A DNA stretch of 64,000 nt from a virus. The stretch lies in IMG/VR virus record IMGVR_UViG_3300018877_000002. One strand, 5' to 3'. The translations under genes and the position numbers were made by a program. Below the pieces are notes generated by a model. It searched no databases. It was not told where the DNA came from and saw only the letters and a program-made list of their open reading frames with translations. Shown piece after piece: positions 7,803 through 17,196 of this stretch. Each line of letters starts with the position of its first letter. Positions within the stretch are counted from its first letter, which is position 1.

Positions 7803-7964
7803 ATGAATATACCATATCAAATGTTTACTAGTATATTTTATTTATTATATAAGCGCGGAATAATAACAAAAGAAGAATATTTAGAGGTTGCAACGGCAGG
7901 AAAGCCACGTGGCTCTATGGAAGAATTCTACGAGAAAGTGTTCGAGATAGCAGATAGAGAGTAG
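7803..7964 (+). CDS. 53-aa hypothetical protein (not in the ORF track)
   Basis: ATG behind AGGGGG. Frame is open to the TAG at 7962-7964, immediately before the polymerase start. Confidence 0.35.
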   Translation: MNIPYQMFTSIFYLLYKRGIITKEEYLEVATAGKPRGSMEEFYEKVFEIADRE

Positions 7965-10900
7965 GTGATTATTCTGTCTAAGATTGATGAAAAACGTTAC
8001 GAGAATCAAATAAGCATAATGAAGCTCGTTAAGAGCAATCGTGAATGGCTATCTAAGACTAATTACGATATGCAACAATTTGATTCTAAGTTTAGCGAGT
8101 TAACCTCCATCTTCCGCGAGGTAATAACTGCTGAGGACGAAGAGATAGAGGAAACTATTTCTAAAAAATTAAAGGAAATGGCTAAGGATTACCTTGCTTC
8201 TATCCATCCCTACAGAAGATTCTCCAGTCTTCACAATCATACCAACCGAAGTTTACTGGATGCTATTGGTACGCCAGAGCAGATTGTGCAACAAGCTTAT
8301 GAGTTAGGGTTTAATGCTGTCGCTCTTACTGAGCATGGCAACATGTTCTCTATGATTGATGGTTACAAGAAGGCGAAGGAATTGGGTATTAAGTACATAT
8401 TCGGCTGTGAAATTTACGAATGTGACGATATGTACGATAAACGCCCTGAAGTGCTTTATGATAGATACCACTTGATTTTGCTTGCGAAGAACAAAACTGG
8501 TGTAGAAAATCTATTTAAAATCGTTACAGCAGGACAAACTGACGGCTTCTATGGTAAGCCGCGTGTTGATAGAAGGTTCCTTGCAGAACATTCTGAGGGG
8601 CTTGTCTGTTTGTCCGCTTGTTTAGCAAGTAGAATCTCACGCTTGCTAGTTAACGACAGATGCCCTTGTTGCCACGATAAGCCAGAAGAAGGCGGCGATT
8701 GTGTAAGCTTTGAACCTGATTGGGAGCAAGCTAAAAAGGAAGTTGAGATTTACAAGAGTATTTTTGGTGATGATTTTTATATTGAACTTCAAAATCATAG
8801 AAGCGATGCACAGCATCGTTCCAATAAAAGAAATCTGAAGCTGGCTCTTGAAACTAATACGGAATTTACCATTACATTTGACTCCCATATGTTGAACGAG
8901 AGCCAAATGAAGATGCATTCCACATTCGTTAAAATGGGGCAAGATAGAGAAGCGGGCGAAACTTATCTTGACTGTTGGCAGACAGACATTGATGGTATTC
9001 ACGCTATCATGGATGCACAAATTGGGCGTGAATACGTGCTACAAGCAATCGCCACCTCTGATAAAATTTCTGCCGAAGTCAACTTTGAGTACGAATTGCA
9101 TCAAGACCTTATGCCACACGTCAAAATTCCTTCCACTTTTAAGGACGACAGGCAATACTTGAAACACCTCATCAATGAGGGTTGCAAGAAGCGTGGTATT
9201 GACAAGCTTCCCGCTGACATTCGCAAGGTATGCTATGATCGTCTAAGATATGAATTTGAAGTTCTAGACTATTTGGACTACTGTTCATATTTCATCATGC
9301 TCAATCAGCTTGTGACAAAACTCAGAGAGCGTGAGGTTCCGCTTGGATATTCACGTGGCTCTGGCGGTAACTCTTACACTCTTTATGTGATTGGCGTTAC
9401 TGAGGTTGATTCGATCAAGTGGGATTTGGACTTCTCACGCTTCGGCAATAAAGGGCGTAAAGGTTCACCTGCTGACTATGATATGGACGTATCACAGCTT
9501 CGTAGAGGGGAGGCTATTGAGGTTGCGGCTGAATTGTTTGGCGAAGAAAACATTTGTCAGCTTGCAACCTTTAACTCTCTGACTCCTAAAGTTGCATTTA
9601 AGGATTTAGCAAAAGTATTCCATGCAGAGGGAGTCTATAACATTCCGTACAAAAAAGCAGAGGCTATTTCTAAGCTGATACCTGACGACCCTAGTAAAAA
9701 AATCCCTATTGCAGAAGCGCTAGAAATCAGCCCTCAGCTTGCGGCATACAAAGAGCAGTATCCTTTGATATTCGAGTACATTGAACAACTTCAATACGCC
9801 CCTAAGAGTGTTGGTTGTCATGCGGCGGCTGTTATCATTGCACCAAGACCTGTCGTAGAGTTCGCTCCATTGATGTACAACGAAAAAGGTAATATCATGA
9901 TGCAACTAGAGATGGGCAATGCAATGGATGACATTGGCTTGGTTAAAATGGACTTCCTTGGACTCGTCACTGTCGATGTTGTAGACTATACGCTAAAATT
10001 TGCTGGTCTAACATGGAAGGATATTGACCTCGCAACAATGGATTTGGATGACAAGGCTGTCTTCTCTGAGATTTATGGCAAAGGCAGAACGCTTGGTATT
10101 TTCCAAATGGAATCTAAAGTTGCACAAGAGATGTTCCGCAATATGCAACCTGATAACATTAACGACATTTTTGCTGTTAATGCCTTGAATCGTCCAGCTA
10201 TTCTTAATGTTGGTATGGATAAAATTTACATTCAAAATAAGCATGACAAAAATAAGATAAGGTATGCTCATCCTGATCTGGAGGAGCCATTCGCTCCAAC
10301 CTATGGTGTTATGTTATATCAAGAACAGGCACTAAAGGTATTCTCTATAGCTGGTTTTCCAGAGGATGAAACTGACCAAGCAAGACGTGCTATAGGCAAG
10401 AAAAAGCCGAAAGTCATGGCAAAGTTGTATGCTCAATTCAAAAGTGGTTTGGCAAAGCGTAATTGGACTGAGGAGGCTGTCAAAGAAATCTGGGATTTGA
10501 TTAAAGCTCAGGCTGACTATTCCTTTAACAAAGGTCACTCCACTGCCTATGGCTTGCTGTCATACGTCACAGCGTGGCTAAAATACTACTATCCAGTAGA
10601 GTTTATGTGCGCACTGTTGATATCTGAAATTGGCAACTATGAACAAATCACCAAGTATATCGACGAATGTAAAAAAATGGAGATTCCAGTACTTCCTCCT
10701 GATATCAATAAGTCTGAACGACATTTTTCTATCGTTGATGGCAAAATTCTGTTTGGACTTGAAGCGATTAAAGGTGTTGGAGCTAAGGCGACTGATCTGA
10801 TTCTCTTTGTCCGTGAGTCAATTGGAAGATTCGATAACCTTGAGCATTTCTATCACATTATGGAGGGAATCAATGATAACATTAATTTTCTCCAAAGGTT

Positions 10901-11645
10901 TAATTCGCGCAATGCTCCACTTGAAGCTATTAGTGCTGAGCTAGAAGAAGGTATACAGAAGATCAAGAAAATTGATTCTGGTACGATGATAGCTCTCATT
11001 AAGAGTGGTGCATTTGGCTCTAATATTGATGAAATTCTTATGGAATTTGCCCATCTTCAATTTCCAAAAAGACAATATAAGCCTGTGGTGGGACTTCCTA
11101 CTAAGAAAGTTTGCTTTGAAACTGGTCTTGCTACTTCTGAAGAAGAATGGAAGAAACATAAAGATGTAATTCTGGCACGTTACAACGCCAGAAGGGAGGA
11201 GGCGTTCATAGCAGAGCAAAATGAGCGCTTAGCCAAGCATCTTGAAGAGTTTGAAAGCAAATACATGGCAACGCCCGAAATGTATGAGTTTCAAACTTTG
11301 TCGATTTTCCTTAGTGGAAGTCCATTTGACCATGTGATGGAACGCTTTAAGGATTTTGACTTAGTTGACGATGGAGAGCCAATTACGATTGCTGGTACGA
11401 TTGCCACTCTTCAACGCAAGAAGAGTAAAAAGAAAGACGGCAAGCAATATGCTAGGCTTTCAATCCTGACTGTCAAAAATGGTGTCATCGAAGGCATTTG
11501 TTTCAATAAGCAGTATGTGATGTATCAGGATTTATTAGTCAAAGGCAATAACGTTGTTATTCTTGCCGAAAAAGATGGTGATGGCTTTAAAGTTAATAAG
11601 ATGAAGTCTTATGATGTCTGGAAGGCCGAAAAAGGCATCAAGTAA
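7965..11645 (+). CDS. dnaE: DNA polymerase III alpha subunit (DnaE-type, PHP domain)
   Basis: PHP motif LHNHTNRSLLDA...ALTEHGNMF. Palm motifs GYSRGSGGNSYTLYVIGVTEVD and PADYDMDVS. 1226 aa. Confidence 0.9.
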   Translation: MIILSKIDEKRYENQISIMKLVKSNREWLSKTNYDMQQFDSKFSELTSIFREVITAEDEEIEETISKKLKEMAKDYLASIHPYRRFSSLHNHTNRSLLDAIGTPEQIVQQAYELGFNAVALTEHGNMFSMIDGYKKAKELGIKYIFGCEIYECDDMYDKRPEVLYDRYHLILLAKNKTGVENLFKIVTAGQTDGFYGKPRVDRRFLAEHSEGLVCLSACLASRISRLLVNDRCPCCHDKPEEGGDCVSFEPDWEQAKKEVEIYKSIFGDDFYIELQNHRSDAQHRSNKRNLKLALETNTEFTITFDSHMLNESQMKMHSTFVKMGQDREAGETYLDCWQTDIDGIHAIMDAQIGREYVLQAIATSDKISAEVNFEYELHQDLMPHVKIPSTFKDDRQYLKHLINEGCKKRGIDKLPADIRKVCYDRLRYEFEVLDYLDYCSYFIMLNQLVTKLREREVPLGYSRGSGGNSYTLYVIGVTEVDSIKWDLDFSRFGNKGRKGSPADYDMDVSQLRRGEAIEVAAELFGEENICQLATFNSLTPKVAFKDLAKVFHAEGVYNIPYKKAEAISKLIPDDPSKKIPIAEALEISPQLAAYKEQYPLIFEYIEQLQYAPKSVGCHAAAVIIAPRPVVEFAPLMYNEKGNIMMQLEMGNAMDDIGLVKMDFLGLVTVDVVDYTLKFAGLTWKDIDLATMDLDDKAVFSEIYGKGRTLGIFQMESKVAQEMFRNMQPDNINDIFAVNALNRPAILNVGMDKIYIQNKHDKNKIRYAHPDLEEPFAPTYGVMLYQEQALKVFSIAGFPEDETDQARRAIGKKKPKVMAKLYAQFKSGLAKRNWTEEAVKEIWDLIKAQADYSFNKGHSTAYGLLSYVTAWLKYYYPVEFMCALLISEIGNYEQITKYIDECKKMEIPVLPPDINKSERHFSIVDGKILFGLEAIKGVGAKATDLILFVRESIGRFDNLEHFYHIMEGINDNINFLQRFNSRNAPLEAISAELEEGIQKIKKIDSGTMIALIKSGAFGSNIDEILMEFAHLQFPKRQYKPVVGLPTKKVCFETGLATSEEEWKKHKDVILARYNARREEAFIAEQNERLAKHLEEFESKYMATPEMYEFQTLSIFLSGSPFDHVMERFKDFDLVDDGEPITIAGTIATLQRKKSKKKDGKQYARLSILTVKNGVIEGICFNKQYVMYQDLLVKGNNVVILAEKDGDGFKVNKMKSYDVWKAEKGIK

Positions 11646-11648
11646 CCA

Positions 11649-11678
11649 TTGACAATCTACCGATAATTATGATAATAT
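11649..11678 (+). promoter_or_regulatory. promoter-like element
   Basis: TTGACA, 18 nt, then TG-A-TAATAT (extended -10 form). Overlaps the hairpin that follows, so its function is uncertain. Confidence 0.4.
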
Positions 11679-11680
11679 AA

Positions 11681-11711
11681 AAGGGAGGTCGGTCTTACTG
11701 ACTTCCCTTTT
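11681..11711 (+). terminator. hairpin/terminator after the polymerase gene
   Basis: 10-bp stem AAGGGAGGTC / GACTTCCCTT followed by a short T run. Confidence 0.5.
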
Positions 11712-11730
11712 AAAAGGAGGAGGTGAATTT

Positions 11731-12009
11731 ATGCATGTTAGCATAAGAGGAGAAGGAAGGGGCATTGAAGTAACCTATGTTCCTAATAGCGCAGAGATTG
11801 GGATTTTGAATACAATCAATGGGTTCGCTGACAAGGGTTTTACAAAAGATGTGAATGTTGAACTTTCAACTCTAGAACATAACGCCCTTTACAACCTGAA
11901 GTGTAACGGCTTTATTAAAAATGTATCTGACTCTATGTACAAAGAAGTATGGGTTTTGACACATCTTGGCAAGGCTATAATCACTCATCTTAATCAGGAG
12001 GCAAAATAA
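11731..12009 (+). CDS. hypothetical protein
   Basis: ATG behind AAGGAGGAGG. Confidence 0.5.
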   Translation: MHVSIRGEGRGIEVTYVPNSAEIGILNTINGFADKGFTKDVNVELSTLEHNALYNLKCNGFIKNVSDSMYKEVWVLTHLGKAIITHLNQEAK

Positions 12010-12273
12010 TTGAAAAAGACATTATCTTTGACTGCTTGTGTAGCTCTTCTGCTTTTCGGCTGTGGAACTACCACAGCAACGACAGAGGAAGCTTTGCGTT
12101 TTGCTGAGCTTTCTAAGTATGAACAGCCACAAATTATAACTGATACAGAAACAGGATGCGAATATCTTTATATTAAAGGCACTCATGAGGGTGGGCTTAC
12201 AATTTTACTTGATGAAAATGGAAATCCATCAGGATGTAAAGGATTACAAAAGTCAGGCGGTGAACAGAAATGA
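12010..12273 (+). CDS. phage-encoded lipoprotein
   Basis: MKKTLSLTACVALLLFGCGTT is a signal peptide with a lipobox (LLFGC). Confidence 0.65.
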   Translation: MKKTLSLTACVALLLFGCGTTTATTEEALRFAELSKYEQPQIITDTETGCEYLYIKGTHEGGLTILLDENGNPSGCKGLQKSGGEQK

Positions 12274-12623
12274 CTAATGAGCAACTTGAAAATTTGAAAA
12301 GGCTTGAAGCAAGCCTACCCAATGAACTTGTAGCGCAAACTTACTATAGCCAAGGTATGCAATGTTATTGTGTAATAGGCTATGCGCTTCATTATCAATG
12401 CAATGTTGACCTCGATAGATTGATGACAATGAATGATTGGATTGATACGTACAACAATTATTCAGGAATGCTCCAAGAGGTCTACGGCCTATCAATCGAA
12501 GAGTTGCGTGATCTCCAAGACATAAACGACCATTCTTACGAGAATGGCAAACATGAACGCGCTATAGCTGTTAAAGCATATCTTGCACGACTCATTAAAG
12601 AAAAGGAGGCTGAAATCCAATGA
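12270..12623 (+). CDS. hypothetical protein
   Basis: Open frame translationally coupled to its neighbours. Confidence 0.5.
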   Translation: MTNEQLENLKRLEASLPNELVAQTYYSQGMQCYCVIGYALHYQCNVDLDRLMTMNDWIDTYNNYSGMLQEVYGLSIEELRDLQDINDHSYENGKHERAIAVKAYLARLIKEKEAEIQ

Positions 12624-12802
12624 CACAACCAAATATGACGATTGTTGAATTCGCCAAAAATGTCCTTGGCTTCGATCTCACCGAAGAACAAGAAGCAAAA
12701 CTTGTTACTTTTGCAAAGGGTGGCACTGTTACCTTTTCAAAAGATGAAGATGGGGCAATGCTACTAGAGATCACTGCAAAATATCACAACTACAAAGGAT
12801 AA
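12620..12802 (+). CDS. hypothetical protein
   Basis: Open frame with an ATGA overlap to the previous gene. Confidence 0.5.
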   Translation: MTQPNMTIVEFAKNVLGFDLTEEQEAKLVTFAKGGTVTFSKDEDGAMLLEITAKYHNYKG

Positions 12803-12814
12803 GTGGTGGTATAA

Positions 12815-13084
12815 ATGTGGGATAATATCTTAAATGTACTTGGAAGGTGGAGTAAAAAGACTCCACCTATCTTTCTTCCTCTGTGGCTTTTCATAGGTAT
12901 CGTTACTGCTTTTGCTATTGTATTACCTATGTGGCTGATAGGGTTTTGGTCTTGCATCACTTGCAAAAGAATATTTTGGATGAAGTATAAAAGAAAACGA
13001 ATAGTCTATGATAGAAGTGATTGGGGTTTGGAAAATCCAAAATCTCAATGTGTCACTTGCCACTCTAAATATTCAAACAAATAA
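12815..13084 (+). CDS. membrane protein with CxxC pairs
   Basis: TM segment IFLPLWLFIGIVTAFAIVLPMWLIGFW, then CITC and CVTC. Confidence 0.5.
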   Translation: MWDNILNVLGRWSKKTPPIFLPLWLFIGIVTAFAIVLPMWLIGFWSCITCKRIFWMKYKRKRIVYDRSDWGLENPKSQCVTCHSKYSNK

Positions 13085-13102
13085 TCGGAAAGAGGGATGC
13101 GT

Positions 13103-13261
13103 ATGCTTCGATTTATCATTGGCATATTTTTAATGGTGCTATCCTTTGCATTGATTGAAGACATGGTAAGTGCAGGATGGGATGTCAAATTGTCAGCACT
13201 TATCTTTCTGCTTATTAACATGGTTGGCTGGAAAGTTGCTAAATCTGGCATAAGATTGTGA
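13103..13261 (+). CDS. 52-aa small membrane protein (not in the ORF track)
   Basis: ATG behind AAAGAGGGA. Hydrophobic MLRFIIGIFLMVLSFALI... Ends at the TGA at 13259-13261. Confidence 0.4.
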   Translation: MLRFIIGIFLMVLSFALIEDMVSAGWDVKLSALIFLLINMVGWKVAKSGIRL

Positions 13262-13287
13262 CAGAGATAAGTGCACTCTGTCACAAT
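13255..13287 (+). promoter_or_regulatory. 12-bp perfect hairpin
   Basis: ATTGTGACAGAG / CTCTGTCACAAT with a 9-nt loop. No T run. Overlaps the stop of the small ORF. Confidence 0.5.
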
Positions 13288-13310
13288 TCTGTCCAACAGG
13301 AGGAAGGAAA

Positions 13311-13757
13311 ATGGACATAAACAACATTGTTTACTTTGGCGAAAAAGCTGTAGAAGTGGATTCTTTACCAGATAACTCTGTGACTAAAGAACAATTCCAA
13401 TCAGCACGTATGAACAGCTATGCCTTTGAAAAGATTCTGCCGAAACTCAATAATGAAGCATTAAAATATGTGGTTGAGCATCACCTTGTAAATTGTAGAC
13501 GTGAACCTAGGTCTACTTATGACTGGAGTATGAAAACGAATCTGATCCCTGAGTTGTTGAGGAGAATGTCAACACCTAAGAAAGTGTGGATTGTTACGCA
13601 TGGAAACTACGAAGAACAAACTACTGAATTCATTTTGGGTAATAAAATAGAAGCAGATAAATTATATGAGATTCTAAGTAGTCAAAGTCACTATTATAAT
13701 ACTCCAGAAGAGCATGACCTATACAGTAAAGCTTCTGATGTTTTGGGCGAAATGTAA
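13311..13757 (+). CDS. hypothetical protein
   Basis: ATG behind AGGAGGAAGG. Confidence 0.5.
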   Translation: MDINNIVYFGEKAVEVDSLPDNSVTKEQFQSARMNSYAFEKILPKLNNEALKYVVEHHLVNCRREPRSTYDWSMKTNLIPELLRRMSTPKKVWIVTHGNYEEQTTEFILGNKIEADKLYEILSSQSHYYNTPEEHDLYSKASDVLGEM

Positions 13758-13774
13758 AAAAGGAGAGATTAAAT

Positions 13775-14038
13775 ATGAACGTACAGAAAGAATATCACGC
13801 TATGTTTTCCCTGTTAGATGCTAAAGTTCGCGAAAAAATGAAGGCTAACCTTTCCTCCCATGAAGCAGACTGCTTTTTGTACCTTATAAGTCATGGGGAG
13901 ATGACATTATCAAATGTCTATATTTTCCATAAGATTGCAAATTTTGCAAAAAGTGTTGGACTAGATGTTAGACAATCTACTAAACTTCTAGACGAAGAAG
14001 TAGAAGAAAGTGCAGTGCTTTTTCTCGAAATTGTCTAA
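13775..14038 (+). CDS. hypothetical protein
   Basis: ATG behind AAAGGAGAG. Confidence 0.5.
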   Translation: MNVQKEYHAMFSLLDAKVREKMKANLSSHEADCFLYLISHGEMTLSNVYIFHKIANFAKSVGLDVRQSTKLLDEEVEESAVLFLEIV

Positions 14039-14052
14039 TAGGCAATTTCGAG
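14024..14052 (+). promoter_or_regulatory. 10-bp hairpin overlapping a stop codon
   Basis: CTCGAAATTG / CAATTTCGAG. No U tract follows. Confidence 0.4.
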
Positions 14053-14086
14053 AAAACAAAACTTTTAGCGAAAGGAATAAAATTGC

Positions 14087-14335
14087 ATGAAAGCCAAGGG
14101 GACAACACTTTTAGACGATGATAAGCTTGCTGAGATCGCGAAAAAGTATGGGTACAGCGTTGCGGCTCATATTAAAGAGCTTGTAACTAAACGTATTACT
14201 GGAACTGATATTGACAAATGCCATTTCAACGTTATCAAGGCGTTAGATGAGTGCGAACTTCCTTATCGTATAATCAATAGATGTAGGATGGAGAAGTTCT
14301 TCATTGTTTTTGATAGCGATGAGACACCATTCTAA
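14087..14335 (+). CDS. hypothetical protein
   Basis: Open frame, no motif. Confidence 0.5.
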   Translation: MKAKGTTLLDDDKLAEIAKKYGYSVAAHIKELVTKRITGTDIDKCHFNVIKALDECELPYRIINRCRMEKFFIVFDSDETPF

Positions 14336-14456
14336 TTCTATAAAAGTGCCGTTTTAACGAGGAGAAGCGGCGAATGGACGATTGCGCGGCATTCCGTCTG
14401 CAATACTAGTTGCTGGCTTGCTTGTGTACTGGATAATTAATTAAGGAGGACTATAC

Positions 14457-14912
14457 ATGGACATCAAGAGTGGTTGCGGATACCCCTTATCTGCGCTGTC
14501 TAACTTTGCTCCACATCCGTTTGAGATTGATGGAGTTGAGTGTTACAGCATGGAAGGGTTCTTGCAAAGTTTGAAGTTTAAAAACATCGACATGCAAGAA
14601 CACGTCTGCAAACTTGTTGGTATTAAAGCCAAGATGAAGGGTAAGAACAAAACTTGGTGGAAGGAGCAGAAACTTTATTGGAGAGGTCAGGAAATTGACA
14701 GACACAGCCAAGAGTATCAGGATTTACTAAACAGAGCATACTTGGCTCTTGCGAAAAACATTGGTTTCCGCAAAGCTCTATTGGCAACTGGCAATGGTGT
14801 GTTGAAACATTCAATAGGGAAAAAAGATGCGCACCAAACAATCTTGACTCAGAAAGAGTTTTGTTCACGTCTTATGTGGATTCGCGATCTTTTGCAAAGG
14901 GGTGAGATATAA
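14457..14912 (+). CDS. NADAR (YbiA/DUF1768) family protein
   Basis: LSALSNFAPHPFEIDGVECYSMEGFLQSLKF matches the NADAR signature LSNF.P.PF..DG..Y.S.E...Q..KF. Confidence 0.75.
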   Translation: MDIKSGCGYPLSALSNFAPHPFEIDGVECYSMEGFLQSLKFKNIDMQEHVCKLVGIKAKMKGKNKTWWKEQKLYWRGQEIDRHSQEYQDLLNRAYLALAKNIGFRKALLATGNGVLKHSIGKKDAHQTILTQKEFCSRLMWIRDLLQRGEI

Positions 14913-15316
14913 TGCTTGACTACATAAAACAGGAAATAGATAAGCTTCCACAGGAAAAACGCAATGACCAACGACAAATCAAAAAAATTATAAACAAAGC
15001 TATAAAGAGAGAAAGGAAGCCTAGAATGAGTCAATCTACCATTGATTTTTTTGGTATGATGTCCATTTGTATTCTTGGCTTTGCCCTGTTAGTTGGATGC
15101 TTTATTATTGCCTCTAATTTCAAGGAGATTCCCATTTACTCCATTCAGTACACGCTTCCCACTGGAGAAGTCAAGTTCTATCATGCGGCGCAAGTATCAA
15201 GCGAAGATGGTACTTGGAGTTTCTATGACATGGATGCTAAGGAGTACATTTCTATTAGCGGAAGTGTTCAATCAAAGTATCTTGGTACGAAATTAGCCAG
15301 AGAGGTATTTGAGTAA
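14912..15316 (+). CDS. membrane protein
   Basis: Basic N-terminus, then a TM segment MMSICILGFALLVGCFIIA. Confidence 0.5.
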   Translation: MLDYIKQEIDKLPQEKRNDQRQIKKIINKAIKRERKPRMSQSTIDFFGMMSICILGFALLVGCFIIASNFKEIPIYSIQYTLPTGEVKFYHAAQVSSEDGTWSFYDMDAKEYISISGSVQSKYLGTKLAREVFE

Positions 15317-15585
15317 TGAAAAAATCGCACGTTTTGCTACTAGCTGTTGCAATTTGGCTAGTAGCATTTCTTGTTCTTGTCGAGGACTCTATGAAGACAA
15401 TTGTAAAAATTCAGCTTGCTCTTCAATTAATAGAGCTTGTGGGAGTTGGATTCCTAATTATCAGGGGTGTTATTGGTATGATTAGACACAAACAAGAGTA
15501 CAAGAAAATGTGGGAAGAAGATACAAAAAAATGGAGGGGAATGCAAAATGCAAAAAGCAATACAAAGTCTAATAAAAATTATTGA
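15316..15585 (+). CDS. membrane protein
   Basis: Two TM segments and a basic C-terminus. Confidence 0.5.
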   Translation: MKKSHVLLLAVAIWLVAFLVLVEDSMKTIVKIQLALQLIELVGVGFLIIRGVIGMIRHKQEYKKMWEEDTKKWRGMQNAKSNTKSNKNY

Positions 15586-15931
15586 TGCCAATAATCACTT
15601 AATTGAAAGTGATGTAGCTAAAGAAACTAGCGAGAGCATTGAAAAGCTTTTGCGATTTTTGTGGAATGCTATTAACCCTGATGAAATGAACGCTCTAATT
15701 CCGCTTTCCACACTTCGTAAATTTAAACATTGTCCCATGTGTGGCAAAGAGCACCCAATCTGTGATGATGGTGATTACAGAGTGCGCTTATATTGTGCCG
15801 ACTGCTGTGATGACGAAGGAGGATGGGAAGAAGACCTTCTGTTGTATGAAGAAGCTAACAGGCGACATAGTGGATTAGACTATCTGCAATTGACAGAATT
15901 TCTTTCCACATTTCGCAAATCTCAAAAATAA
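15548..15931 (+). CDS. Cys-rich hypothetical protein
   Basis: CPMCGKEHPICDDGDYRVRLYCADCCDD is zinc-binding-like. Confidence 0.45.
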   Translation: MQKAIQSLIKIIDANNHLIESDVAKETSESIEKLLRFLWNAINPDEMNALIPLSTLRKFKHCPMCGKEHPICDDGDYRVRLYCADCCDDEGGWEEDLLLYEEANRRHSGLDYLQLTEFLSTFRKSQK

Positions 15932-15944
15932 TCTTAATTTCTTC

Positions 15945-15973
15945 TTGACTTAGCTACATACTTAATGTATAAT
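15945..15973 (+). promoter_or_regulatory. sigma-A-type promoter
   Basis: TTGACT, 17 nt, TATAAT. Confidence 0.6.
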
Positions 15974-15993
15974 TAATAAAAGAGGTGATAAAA

Positions 15994-16140
15994 TTGATTC
16001 AAAAAAACACAAAGGTTCGAGGGAAGAGTGCAGAAGAGATGTATGAAGAGATTTATAGTAAAGATTATCCACGTCATATATCTAAGGAGCATTTAGAAAA
16101 GATACGTAACAAGTTCAAAGCTAGGTTAGATAGTAGGTGA
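15994..16140 (+). CDS. 48-aa hypothetical protein (not in the ORF track)
   Basis: TTG start behind AAGAGGTGA. Open to the TGA at 16138-16140. Confidence 0.35.
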   Translation: MIQKNTKVRGKSAEEMYEEIYSKDYPRHISKEHLEKIRNKFKARLDSR

Positions 16141-16146
16141 TAGGAA

Positions 16147-16320
16147 ATGTCGCAATCTAAGGCTAAAAGAAAACGCAACCACTTGAAGCGAAATGGCAAA
16201 GGCGACCCCGCTATAAAAAGAGGAGTTCGACCAATTATTAGTACGCATGTGCGTACAACAAAAACAAAGAAAGAGAAGCTAGATCAGATTAGAAAAAAAG
16301 AAAGGATAGATGAAAAATGA
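16147..16320 (+). CDS. 57-aa highly basic protein (not in the ORF track)
   Basis: MSQSKAKRKRNHLKRNGKGDP... Open to the TGA at 16318-16320. Confidence 0.35.
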   Translation: MSQSKAKRKRNHLKRNGKGDPAIKRGVRPIISTHVRTTKTKKEKLDQIRKKERIDEK

Positions 16321-16490
16321 CTTTTCTTCAAGCAACCTTTTACGTCATTGTATTTCTTTTCCTGATGATAAATGCTTATCTCATATTTGAAGTTAAGAAT
16401 CTCTTTATAAAAGCAATAGCGGTAATATCTCTTATACTTGTCTCAGGATGGCTTAGCCTAGATATTTTTCTAACGATATTCACATGGTAA
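16317..16490 (+). CDS. 57-aa small membrane protein (not in the ORF track)
   Basis: ATGA overlap with the previous ORF. Two hydrophobic stretches. Confidence 0.35.
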   Translation: MTFLQATFYVIVFLFLMINAYLIFEVKNLFIKAIAVISLILVSGWLSLDIFLTIFTW

Positions 16491-16598
16491 AATAAAGGAG
16501 ATGATTCACATGGAATTGAAGGATGATACATAGAGAAATATGTTGATCTAGCTCTTTTTGTCCTCTCATGGAAGGAGGAGGGTAAAGGAGCTGATTTA

Positions 16599-17192
16599 AT
16601 GTCGAAATTATTGAAAATGGTACTGCCACTTCCAGTGTCAATCAATGCACTATATATCAACCAAGCTACATACAACCCTAACAGCAAGAAATGGGTTCCA
16701 ACAGGCAAGCGCATCTTGTCCAAGGAAGGCGAAAAGGTAAAAAAAGACATCATCACACAAGCCAAATTACAAATGGCTAAAGATGAATACCAATGGGATT
16801 ACGAGTTCACGAAGGATAACTTTATTTATATGGACACCGTAATTTACTTTAACCGTAAAGGCAGGGACGACAACAATATCTACAAATTGCTCAATGATTC
16901 TCTAGAAAAGATTGTCTATGATAATGATTCTAGAGTTTTGGTGCGTACTCAGCGAATTCTTTATGATAAGAATAGCCCAAGGGTTGAGATTACCTTCCAT
17001 CCTGTAGACTACATAGGCGTATTTGATACACTGGAAGATTACAAAATTTTTCATGCAAAATGCCAAGGATGCAAGCGATTCAAACGCAACTGTTCTATTC
17101 TAAAAAATGCAACAGAGGCCGTAGTCCAAGAAGAGATAGTGAAATTAGCAGATGTTTTTGTCTGTTCAAAATATAATCCCATAAAGGAGTGA
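16599..17192 (+). CDS. rusA: RusA-family Holliday junction resolvase with Cys-rich C-terminal extension
   Basis: LPVSINALY, GRDDNNIYKLLNDSLEKIVYDNDSRV match RusA motifs. The tail carries CQGC and C..C. Confidence 0.75.
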   Translation: MSKLLKMVLPLPVSINALYINQATYNPNSKKWVPTGKRILSKEGEKVKKDIITQAKLQMAKDEYQWDYEFTKDNFIYMDTVIYFNRKGRDDNNIYKLLNDSLEKIVYDNDSRVLVRTQRILYDKNSPRVEITFHPVDYIGVFDTLEDYKIFHAKCQGCKRFKRNCSILKNATEAVVQEEIVKLADVFVCSKYNPIKE

Positions 17193-17196
17193 TAAA

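Noticed and set aside
16376-16765. Minus-strand 129-aa ORF
   Set aside because: It is antisense to the small-ORF cluster and the RusA start, inside a uniformly plus-strand block. It has no RBS.
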